64,000 nucleotides of DNA from Azolla caroliniana (lineage: Eukaryota; Plantae; Polypodiophyta). The notes beneath the pieces are model-generated. The model was not told where the DNA came from, ran no database searches, and worked only from the letters and a program-made list of their open reading frames with translations. Below, in pieces: positions 50,410-64,000 of the stretch. How positions within the stretch are numbered: the stretch's first letter is position 1; each line of letters opens with the position of its first letter. The stretch covers positions 25,978,001 to 26,042,000 of the forward strand of contig JBHGNT010000002.1 of assembly GCA_043228905.1 (NCBI GenBank), in the 5' to 3' direction. The position numbers and the translations under genes were made by a program.

Positions 50410-53400
50410 TTAGAGAGATTTTGGAGAACCCCACCCACCACCTCCGGGGGTATAGATTTTGAGTATATCACCGGCCGAGACTTCAATAGTATTCTTCCCT
50501 CCAATGTTCAAGCATCGTCCATCCTTCAGAAACAAAAGATTCTGACCTCTAACTCCATTACATCCACCTTCCAATCCTCTCGGAGCATGAACACGCCTCT
50601 CGGACAATATACTAACCATAACCGGACGTCGGAACTCAATCGTCCTCACAATCCCATCCCCTCCTCGATGCGTACCTTCTCCACCGCTCTTCTCATGGAA
50701 ACCGAATTCGTGAAGAATAACCGGGTACCTCTGCTCGAAGATCTCGGGATCGGTCATCCTAGTGTTGGTCATATGGCATTGTACCCCGCTCGTGCCTTCC
50801 CATGTGGGTCCTGCCCCACTCCCTCCGCCAATCGTTTCATAGTAGCCAAATGTATTATCCCCAAAGGTAAGGTTATTCATACACCCCTGGGAGCATGCAC
50901 AAGCACAAAAGGCTGTGAGAATAACATCAGTAACTCTTTGAGAAGTGAGCACATTGCCTCCCACCACTGCCGCCTTGTCGCTCGGAGAGAGAAAACAACC
51001 TTTTGGGATGTGGATTGACACTGGAGCAAGGCAACCTTGGTTTAATGGAATATCCACGTCTACAAGGCACCGCAACGAGTAGATCACAGCGGCTGCAGTT
51101 ATGGCCTCAGGAGCATTCCAATTTCCATAAACCTCAGGGCTCGTCCCTTCAAAGTTAAAATCAGCTTCACCCCTTTCTTCATCTATTGTAAGCTTTAAAT
51201 GTACAGTAGACCCATCATCCATATAGTCTTCAGCCTCTAACACCACAATCTTATCATCAGCACTAATCTTATCTCGGGCTTTACCAATCGTGGCTCCTCG
51301 CGATTTTGCCATAGCCTTGAGCATCTCTCGAACCGCAGCTTCAGCATTGGTCTGCACATGCCACATATATGATTGTACCACTTCCAAGCTATAATGATCA
51401 ATAAGCTCTCCAATGAGAGTGATACCCCTTTGATTAGCTGCAACTTGTGCTCTCAAATCGGACAAGTTATCTTCAAGCTTTCGAGTTCCTGGCACTACCA
51501 CTGAGCGTTCTTTCTCATGAACTTTGGCTTGTAAAATCCTACTAATACCATCTTCTTGGAATTCACCACCCTCTACAAGCTTGAAAGCCTTGATGGCCGC
51601 CCCTTCTTCCCATATTGCCTTTGAGAATGGAGGCATGCTACCTGGTGTAATGCCTCCTATTTCAGCATGGTGACCTCTACTTGCAACAAAAAATATAACT
51701 TTTCCTCCTCGGAAGACAGGTGTAATTACAGTTATATCCGGGAGATGGCTTCCTCCAGCGGCTGGATGATTTGTTACCAATACATCTCCTTCTTTCAGAT
51801 TCCCACCCCAATATTGCAATTGCCACTTTATAGTACTAGACATAGCACCTAGGTGCACAGGAACGTGAGGGGCATTTGCAACCAGGCCACCATCGGGGCT
51901 GAATAATGCACATGAGAAGTCTAATCTCTCTTTAATATTGGTGGATATGGATGTCCTTTGTAGAGTTCTCCCCATTTGCTCGGCAATCCCCATGAATCTG
52001 TTATTGAAAATGGATAATTGAATAATATCTACCTTCGTATCTATCTTAGCCAGGCCATCATCTTCACTTCCTGTAGCATCACCAACTTCAATCTTAACAT
52101 TCCCATACTTCGTAATCAAAGCTTTGCAGCCGGGTTCTACTACAATTGTACTATTCCCATTTATAATGATACAAGGACCACATATGACATGGCCATAACC
52201 CAATTTCTCTAAGATGTAGATAGGTGTCTCGTGCCATCCACTTGCAAAGTATACCTTATGCAATAACTTTTCAGCTTGAGGTGGACCATTTGCATTGCTC
52301 ACTTCAGCAAGCTTCAAGATATTTGTATAACCCATTCCATGAACCCTCACGTCATTGATGAGAATTGATCTTCTCTGAAGCTCAAATCCATACTCTCTAC
52401 GGAACTGCTTCACAAACTCTCTAGCAAAATCCAAGGATCCATCAGATGGGGCAGCAACGGTCATGATTGTATCAGTACCATCATAGCGAAGGTTCAGCAT
52501 TAACTCAGTTTTTATGTTGTCCTCCTTAAACCCTTGGTCTTTGATTTTTTGTTTTACTAGTGCAGTTAATGACCCAGATCGTTCCAAAACTTCTTTCATC
52601 GAATCAGGTCCATAGATGGCAGAAAATGGTTCTTGAGCTTCTTCTATTATATCGGCTAAGCCAAGACCATAAGCACTCAGTATTCCACAGTATCGATGCA
52701 CAAACACTTCCTTGATACCTAGAGCCCTAGCAATAGCACATGCATGTTGAGGACCAGCTCCTCCAAAGCAAGACAAAGCATGTTGAGCTGTCTCATACCC
52801 TTTCATTTCAGTAAGCTCGCGAATTGGCCTACACATAACCTCGTTAGCAACATGCAAGAAACCTAAAGCAACCTCTTCTACACCCATTTCATTAGATGAA
52901 GAATCTTGCTCTCTCCTATGAGCATTTATATCAGAACACAGCACATCGAAGGCCTTCCTTGCAGCCTCTACATCCAAGGGCTCATTCTCACAGGGACCAA
53001 ATATAGATGGAAAGTAATCCCGAACAACTCGTCCGAGAACAACATTAGCATCTGTTACCGCTAGCTCACCGCCTTTTCGATAACAAACCGGACCCGGGTG
53101 TGCACCGACTGAATCAGGACCAACCTTAAAAATTCCTACCTGAAACTTAAGCTTCGATCCACCTCCCGCAGCAACTGTATTAATATCAAGTTGTGGGGCT
53201 TGAATGATAGCTCCTGCAATCTGTGTCTCTAACACTTGTTCATAACTTCCAGCATATCTACTGACATCAGTAGAGGTTCCACCCATATCAAAACCAATCA
53301 AAGGCTTAGATGTCTCTAGACCAAATGTAGTCTTTGCATAGCCTACTACACCACCCGCCGGACCCGATAATATAGCCTTATGACCTGAAAATCTATATTC

Positions 53401-54267
53401 AGGAGTGAGACCGCCATCTGATTGCATGAACGAGACAGCGACTTTGTCTAAGCCCTCGTCAAAACCTGAAAGAAATCCTGACAAGTAATCCTTGATAACT
53501 GGAGTAAGGTAAGCATCCACAACTGCTGTTAGGCCTCTTGGAACCGCTCTTATCATGGGAACTAATGCCGAGGAGATAGACACTTGTTTAAATCCTAGTT
53601 GTTTGGCTAATCTCTCCACAGCTTGTTCATGATAAGGAAAGGTATAGGAATGCAAGAACACAACCGCAAGGCATCGAATTCCTCCATCTAGCAAAGACTG
53701 CAAGGCTGGCTTCAATTTTTCTTCATCCAGAGGCCGGACTATCCGCACAAGCTCACCAGATATGCCTTTGACGAGGCTCGGGATATGGGGAGAAGCATCA
53801 TCATCACCATGACTAGCAAGATGAATATCGTCGTCACTTGCAAGGTACACTCTTTCATCAGCCTCGACAACCACCTCATACAATGGTGAAGGCCGCACCA
53901 CTGTAAGATCAAATATCTTCGGACGAGCTTGATTACCTATCCTCAATAGCTCTTTGAAACCTTTAGTAACAACAAGGGCAGTCCGCTCGCCTTTCCTCTC
54001 CAACAGAGCGTTTGTGGCCACGGTGGTACCCATCCGGATCCAATCAATGCGATCTGTTGGAATCTTACAAGAACGGGGGATGGAGATACCTGAGTACTGC
54101 TCGAGGATTCTTCGGATCCCTTCCCGGGGCGCATCTTCGTAATTCTCCGGATCAACAGAGAGGAGCTTGAGGACATGGACGCCATTGTGGCCGGGGACCT
54201 CAGCATAGATATCGGTGAAGGTGCCGCCTCGGTCGATACAGAACCTGAAGTCCCTTTGGGCCACCAT
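50410..54267 (-). CDS. OXP1: 5-oxoprolinase (ATP-hydrolysing), intronless, 1285 aa
   Basis: One ORF: FCIDRGGTFTD, RMGTTVATNALLERKG, ILSGPAGGVVG, GFDMGGTSTDVSRY, ISTNIKERLDFSCALF, NAPHVPVHLGAM, GYYETIGGGSGAG, HMTNTRMTDPE, TPGGGGWG. The likely start is MVAQRDFRF at 54267. Confidence 0.97.
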   Translation of the reverse strand: MVAQRDFRFCIDRGGTFTDIYAEVPGHNGVHVLKLLSVDPENYEDAPREGIRRILEQYSGISIPRSCKIPTDRIDWIRMGTTVATNALLERKGERTALVVTKGFKELLRIGNQARPKIFDLTVVRPSPLYEVVVEADERVYLASDDDIHLASHGDDDASPHIPSLVKGISGELVRIVRPLDEEKLKPALQSLLDGGIRCLAVVFLHSYTFPYHEQAVERLAKQLGFKQVSISSALVPMIRAVPRGLTAVVDAYLTPVIKDYLSGFLSGFDEGLDKVAVSFMQSDGGLTPEYRFSGHKAILSGPAGGVVGYAKTTFGLETSKPLIGFDMGGTSTDVSRYAGSYEQVLETQIAGAIIQAPQLDINTVAAGGGSKLKFQVGIFKVGPDSVGAHPGPVCYRKGGELAVTDANVVLGRVVRDYFPSIFGPCENEPLDVEAARKAFDVLCSDINAHRREQDSSSNEMGVEEVALGFLHVANEVMCRPIRELTEMKGYETAQHALSCFGGAGPQHACAIARALGIKEVFVHRYCGILSAYGLGLADIIEEAQEPFSAIYGPDSMKEVLERSGSLTALVKQKIKDQGFKEDNIKTELMLNLRYDGTDTIMTVAAPSDGSLDFAREFVKQFRREYGFELQRRSILINDVRVHGMGYTNILKLAEVSNANGPPQAEKLLHKVYFASGWHETPIYILEKLGYGHVICGPCIIINGNSTIVVEPGCKALITKYGNVKIEVGDATGSEDDGLAKIDTKVDIIQLSIFNNRFMGIAEQMGRTLQRTSISTNIKERLDFSCALFSPDGGLVANAPHVPVHLGAMSSTIKWQLQYWGGNLKEGDVLVTNHPAAGGSHLPDITVITPVFRGGKVIFFVASRGHHAEIGGITPGSMPPFSKAIWEEGAAIKAFKLVEGGEFQEDGISRILQAKVHEKERSVVVPGTRKLEDNLSDLRAQVAANQRGITLIGELIDHYSLEVVQSYMWHVQTNAEAAVREMLKAMAKSRGATIGKARDKISADDKIVVLEAEDYMDDGSTVHLKLTIDEERGEADFNFEGTSPEVYGNWNAPEAITAAAVIYSLRCLVDVDIPLNQGCLAPVSIHIPKGCFLSPSDKAAVVGGNVLTSQRVTDVILTAFCACACSQGCMNNLTFGDNTFGYYETIGGGSGAGPTWEGTSGVQCHMTNTRMTDPEIFEQRYPVILHEFGFHEKSGGEGTHRGGDGIVRTIEFRRPVMVSILSERRVHAPRGLEGGCNGVRGQNLLFLKDGRCLNIGGKNTIEVSAGDILKIYTPGGGGWGSPKSL

Positions 54268-56569
54268 AGCTTTCAATATCCCCTGTTTCTGTGTATCTGT
54301 CCCTGTCTGTTTGTCTCTCGCTTCTTCGTAGGAAGAAGAGCATAGAAAGGAAACAGAAAGCATGGCAAAGTGAAAGGGAGTGGATAATGTCCTATACTGT
54401 CCTTTGGTTTGGGGGGGTCCCAGAGGACACAAGAAGAAACCTTGGGGGGGTCTCTTGTCGAAGATAGTCTCGAGCACAACCTTGTTTAGGATTTCCCGAA
54501 GCTACACCTTGTGTTCCCCAAGAAGACGATGGATGATGAGTTCTTCCGAAAATTTCTTCATCCATCTCGAAGAATGGCATGCCGATCCCAAGTAGCGAAG
54601 ACCCATGCGCTCTCGTTGGCGTTTGGAGGAGCCTTTTTTTTCCAGCGATGTGCTACAAAGTGTGATACGATTGAGGTAAGCTTTTTTTTTTTTTTGTTGG
54701 TCTTCTCTATCCTCTTGGATTTTCCGAAAGGGGGTGGAAAGTGTTCCCATTGATTTTTATTTATTCACATGCCAGTTGTAAGTGATGCTTAGGTGTAGGT
54801 AGTCGTTGATATGCCAACAAAGATTAGCCCTGTCAATGTTAAGGCTCCATGGTCAACTAGGGTGTTTTGGCAAGTTTTGTATCAGGTGTATGTGTTAGCA
54901 TGGATATAATATGTGATGATGATATAAAATTAATGAGTGGTGTTCATATTATTGTTGTTTGGCAAGCTTGAAACCATGCTAACACATGTAATTGTCCTCA
55001 AATGAAAGTGTAGCCTAAGAGAACTAATCAAAGTCTTAGAATATATTCTTGGAATCTATACGAATAAGAAGCAAATGAATTGTGATTGCTTGTGCATTAT
55101 TCTAATACAATTATGAAATGATACAACGAACCATAGTCCATTCATGTGGATATGCATATTACAACCAATATATATGTTTGGAATCTATTTGAATACGAAG
55201 CAAACAAATTGTGATTACTTCTACATTCTAGGGTTATTCCAATATAGGTATGAACGCACTATGACAAGCCATAATCCATTCATGTCAATGTGCATATTAC
55301 AACCAGTAACTCTTCTTGCACTATATATCGTAGAACAAACTTACAAAGTGTGAAAGATTTCCTCAAGCACACAATCTATTTGCTCAGGTTAGATAAAAAA
55401 AGAAGATTGTAGGCAAGTTTATGCCAATTCAAAAGGACTTCAAACTAGGTGGTTTCCTTCAACAATAATCAAGAAGTTAGTAATGTGATGTACCAATTAG
55501 CTTTGATGAAGACTTATAATATCCATGTAACAATTGATTGAAGAAGTTTGGTACAACTTGCTAGCAAAGTGCTTTTTCCAATTTTGTTGGACTTCCATGA
55601 ACTTCCACAAAAACCACACAAATTAGATCAGATATTAGATTCAAGAGTAAGGACAATTTTGCCTTGAAATGACTATCAAACTGGAGATCAAATGAAGGAA
55701 TCTACTTGGAAAAATATAGGCAAAACCCTAAAATTTCCCCCCTCCCAAATCTAGTTCCCAAAAGGTAGAAGAGGCATATTGTCAAGTTGAACACTAATAG
55801 ATTATTGTCTCTAGGTATACCCCAATAGGTTTTCAAGGACAACCACCTTATATGGCAAAAGAAATGTTATGAAACAAGATGTTTTGATTGTGAACGATAT
55901 TTAAGGTTTAGAACAATTAACTTCATTACTCAACCACAAGGACAATGAGCCGATATATAAATAGGAAAGGCAAACAAAAGCATTTGCATAACAATCAGAT
56001 GGAAATGGTCTCTTCCAACATAATACTGGGAATTACCCATATAATTAACTTTTCACTTTAAGCACAAATATCAAATTACAAAAATAAAACTTGCACATAA
56101 AGGTCATAAACCAATGTCCAGCTTTCTTAATCCAAATCACAGCACAAAAATTCAAATGCCAATGTTCAAAATCCAAAACATTAATCAATTATCAGTAATG
56201 TAAACCCAATGAAACATGCTCAAGAATTGGGCTAATGAATCACCGATACAATATTTGAAATGCAAAGCTATTCCAATTATGTGCAAACCCAACCTAGAAG
56301 AATCTAAAGTTGTAAATTGATTGTTTTTTAACAAATCAATGAGATTTATGCTAAATCCCTCTTAATAGATTAATGACATTTATGTCAATGTTTTCCCTCA
56401 CCTAGTAAATAATCCTAATTCTCAAGCTAAAATCAGATGTGAAATCATATTGTCGAGAAGCTTGTAATTATTTTTACATATTACAAAAACGCTGTGAACA
56501 CTGAGCTTGAGATATTCCTTTTCTCCATGCTCTTGAAATGAAAGTTCATCATCATTTTGTTTTTGTTTT

Positions 56570-59988
<3,419 letters not shown>

Positions 59989-61187
59989 GAGCTCTGTGCA
60001 GGAAGCAGGGGAGAGACAGACAGACAGACAGACAGAGTACCGAAGGAAGGCAATTCAGTCATTAATTAGTTCAATATTATGCATTTATATACATACATAT
60101 GATGTATGTACATATACATATGCATGTGCATTCAATATTTGCATTTATAGATAAAATACATGATCATGCAAAGAAAGCAAAGAAAGAAAGAAGAAATGTG
60201 ACCCATGAGAAAAGAAGAACTAATATGTAGCTCTCTCTATCTTAGGTAGACCCCCCCAACTAACTAACTTATCATGCACATCATTAATGTATTGTGTCCC
60301 CTACATCTATCTATCGAGTTTTCGCGACCCAAATGACCAATCTCTCCATGGCTCCTTCACCACCAAATCCGGAACTGCAGAACCCAGACCAGGCAATCCT
60401 CATATTGAGTGCCATATATAACCTTGTTCGTGTCGTATATGTGCTTGATTATAGGCCATCATTTGCCTATGTACCTTAAATGAGAAAGAAAGAAAGAAAG
60501 AAAGAAAGATATATTAATGTCTTCTAAGGCCAAATTTGGCCCATGAGACAATTGGTTTACAACAAAAATGGAGTATTTACCCATTCATCGATTAAAATGA
60601 GAGAGATTATGTTCTAGTTTTAATCGCTTTGGTACTACTGTTAATGACTTATGATAGGTTATCCTCCATCCCACGGGGTCATATATTCGCACTATAGCAA
60701 GGCAATGTTGCCTCTTGTGATATACACGTTTCCCCAATATTTGAGGGACAACACATCCTGTAGATGTGATGCAATGGTATTATTTTCAACCAATAGTCTT
60801 GCATGATCTCGTAAAGAAAATGCATATTAAACACTCGTTGTTTTTAAGGTTTGAGCCCACACCCTTTCTGATTGCAAAAGCTCAAACTTTTCCAACACAA
60901 ACATCATGTTTGTATCAAAACCTGACATAATATTGTTATAGTGATTGATGTCACTTATGTTATGTATAAATGCATGGTTCACATTAATGTGCTTTAGCAT
61001 GTAGTAAGACTCTTTGCACAATATAATGTGTAGGTTATATGCATTCCCCTTGGGTGTCTAGTGTCCATCAAAACAACCTTGTGTTTTGAGCTTACACTAG
61101 TTTGGGTTGCTAGTAATGATCAACCTCTCTCCCTCCCTTTTCGAGAATCACCCAAATAGATAATACCAAACACATGGCTCTTTGGAG

Positions 61188-61750
61188 GGAGTCATCAGTT
61201 TTGTCAATGATTAGCCAGGTGCTAGACCTGACTCAATTCGAGCCCACCCCATCACGTGTTGTGAACCTACCCATAGGAAAAGGCATTGGTCAACCCAAAC
61301 CTTTTATCAACGAGATGCATTGACAGTTAGAAGGAGGCTGAAAATCTTTATCAAGATGCATTGTCAGTCTTTGTCCAGCTCAAGCTAGGAGTCATCGGTT
61401 TTGTGAACATTAGCTAGGTGCTAGACCCGATTCGATTCGGGCCCACCCCATCAAGTGCTAAAAGCTACCTATAGGAAAAGCCATTGGTCAACCCAAACCT
61501 TATCATCGGGATGCATCGTCGGTCAGGAGGAGACCGGAAAATCTCGAGCCCGGAGCAGTCTGTGTCCGACACAAGATGGGAGTCATCGACTTTGTGAACG
61601 TTAGGCGGGTGGTGGACCCGATTCGATCCGAGTCCACCCCATCAGGTGATAAGAACCTATAGGAAAAAGGCATTGGGCAACATGAGACCTTATCATCGGT
61701 CAAAGGAGACGGGAAATCTCGTGCCCAAAGAAGTGTTTGTCCGGCGGCTT
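61188..61750. repeat. Three ~190-200-bp tandem units in the divergent promoter region
   Basis: ggagtcatc..tttgt.aa..ttag..ggtg.t.gacc.ga.tc.at.cg...ccaccccatca..ataggaaaa..cattgg.caac starts at ~61188, ~61388 and ~61579. Confidence 0.9.
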
Positions 61751-61829
61751 AGGCTTCGTCCATGTCTCCCAGCCCCCAACCCAACAACACATGATCTCAT
61801 CGCCACTAGGGAAGGTGCAGCTTATCCAC

Positions 61830-61945
61830 CTCCATCCACGTGGCACGCCCCCATTGGCTCACAAGATGAAGTAATCTTTCCTTACCCCCTTCTCCCTCCC
61901 GAGTCCCTCCTTCTGTATTTCGCTTTCATGATTAGGGTTTCTCAC
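61830..61945 (+). promoter_or_regulatory. Promoter-proximal G-box and telo-box
   Basis: CCACGTGGC at ~61836, ATTGG (CCAAT) at ~61853 and TAGGGTTT at ~61933. Confidence 0.5.
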
Positions 61946-61989
61946 CTGCGCAGAGGGAATTAGGGCTTCTTGACTCCTAGCTGCAAGGT

Positions 61990-63981
61990 ATGTCTCGTCA
62001 TGGCGATGATGATGACGATGAAGGCGAAGGCGAAGGAGACGGAGGAGAAGGAACCTCTGATTTTTCTGATGAAACCCCTCCTTCTCCTTCTTGTAATCGT
62101 CTCCCTCTCAATGGAAACCCCTCTCTCGCTCATCCTCCCTGTCTTCATTCGCTGCAACAATCAGAACTCTCTTCATCTGAAGGTTAGTAATTCCGTTGGA
62201 GATTCCTTGAGTTCTTGACTTCATCTGCACTCCCTGATGATTGTCTGATTGTGAAGACGTTATTCGTGGAAACGAAATGCTAGTATTAGTTTTTCGGAGA
62301 AGACTTAAGTTTCAGATTCCGTGATGTTTGTCTGATTGAGAAGATTATGCCATTGGAAATAGAAGGTTGGTACTAATCTTTTCAAACGGCGTGAAGCTCT
62401 GGTTTTAATTTCACGCTCTGACAGTTGTTTGATCGTAAATGTTTGTTCTTGGAAATATACAGAAGGAATATTTTCGTTCTTGAAAGGAAAATTGTTTTCT
62501 TGAAAAGAATATGTGTTTCATTGAAAATAATTGTTTTTGGAAAGATGAATATAATAGGCAGATTTTCTTTATCAGGAGGAAATGGGAATTTAGTAGGCAT
62601 ATTTTGTTCTAGGAAAGAAATAGAAGATTCTATTCTCTGAAGGAAATTGTATTCAGATATTTTGCTTCCTTAAGGAAATAATATAATATGCTGTTTTTGA
62701 TGCGTCCTTGCTATATAGATCTGTAAAATCGCTTCAGGACCTTCAATGGTTGTATGCAACAAATAATATTATAAACGATCTGTATGTGCTCACTATCAAA
62801 CTTCCAATGCATTTTTGAAATTAGACACTTCCTTCCACGCCAAAAGGAAGCTATTCTTGAGGCTGTTAATACATGTTAATCCATGTGATGAACCATCTAT
62901 AAAAAGTCCATGTGTGCACACCATACTGTTGGTCTTATTTTGATATGAAATCACATATATTGGATCCATGTTAAAATGAATTCATTATAGAGGTGTTAAC
63001 AGTCAGCCTCAAAACAACTAAGAGGGATCCTTCTGATGAACCATCAATCAAGGATTCATATGCATTCATGAGGTGCAGTTTGTCTGATTGTAACGATTTG
63101 TATTCTCGGAAAGAAACATTTCTAACAGACACTCCTCCACTATTTCAAGTTGTATGCCACTATATTGTAAGGGATCTGTATGTGATTACTGTATGATTGC
63201 AATGAACTCATGGAACAAAATCTAATGGCTTTGATCCATGCCCATAGAAGTTCATCTAGTGGTGCTGTCTCTGATCAATCATCTACAAGGGTTCCATATG
63301 CAGTGTGTGAAATCTGACCCTATAGTAACTGGTTTTACGGATCGATTAAATGCATCAAAATATATGTATGTACGCATGTATATGCATTCAAATTTCCCGA
63401 AAAATCTCCAGTTTAGTTCTCCAGACAAAACTACTAATGTTTAGGTGGGGGACAGGCAAAATACTTTAAGAGGAGCAACATTAAGTACATATCTTGCCTT
63501 GTATGCACTTAGCTTTCAGAAATCCTTTTGTTAAGTGTGGTACTGTGTATTATTCCAGATGTTTTTTGAGGATGTCTCTGTCTGTAGCACTTAACTTTAG
63601 GTTGTTATGAAAGCTTGATGACATCCTTATTAATTTTGGCACTATTATATGCAATAGATGTTTTTCAACCGTGTATCACGTCCAATTTATCAGCGATGAA
63701 AATTCATCAATTTTTAACTTAGGGCAGAATCTGATTTTATTTTATTTTTGACCCAACGTTTTTTCTCACTGCTAGTCTTCTTCACTATTGTCTGATTTTG
63801 AGCTAAATCTGGCACAGTTAGATGTCTTGAAATAACAGTTTAGGGTCAGTTACTGCTATTTAATATCTGTATTGAATTCCTCATTTATATATTCTACACA
63901 GTTAGCATGAAAAAATTGAGAGATCCTTTCCACTTTTGTATATCCAGCAAGCTTGGAAACTCGTTTATGTTTCAATTCTCC
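61990..63981 (+). CDS. 5' part of an unidentified gene with an acidic/Pro-rich N-terminus, truncated by the window edge
   Basis: GC-rich exon 61990-62182 MSRHGDDDDDEGEGEGDGGEG..SSE ends at AAG|GTTAGT. A phase-compatible candidate exon 63902-63981 (cag|TT..TCC|GTGAGT) reads VSMKKLRDPFHFCISSKLGNSFMFQFS. No family recognised. Confidence 0.4.
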
Positions 63982-64000
63982 GTGAGTCCTATATTATTGG

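Noticed and set aside
50410-54267. Intronless 3.9-kb ORF as a sign of horizontal transfer or retrocopy
   Set aside because: It is the fused eukaryotic 5-oxoprolinase with plant-like sequence, and plant OXP1 coding regions are typically intron-poor.

Overview
Eukaryotic land-plant nuclear DNA: AT-rich introns, GT-AG splicing, telo-boxes and microsatellites. The divergent plant-type proteins and compact gene spacing suggest a non-seed plant such as a fern, but this is inference only. Reading the splice sites by hand gives about 9 genes: a 5'-truncated SAPS/PP6 regulatory subunit (+), shugoshin (+), a PTM-like DDT/PHD chromatin protein (-), a group-3 LEA protein (+), a YTHDF/ECT m6A reader (-), a conserved ~50-aa single-TM microprotein (-), an intronless 5-oxoprolinase (-), a plastid 3-oxoacyl-ACP reductase (-), and the start of an unidentified gene at the right edge (+). 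Mobile DNA comprises an intact non-autonomous hAT element with an 8-bp TSD and decayed LINE relics. The best lead is the LEA gene. Its first exon, missed by the ORF track, encodes a textbook PTS2 peroxisomal signal (RLSLVASHL), and a same-phase GT inside that exon could splice the signal out. This suggests a peroxisomal or dual-targeted desiccation protectant. Many local tandem duplications copy functional elements (SGO motif, acceptor+ATG cassettes, telo-box leader units, promoter units). All exon models are manual and have no transcript support.
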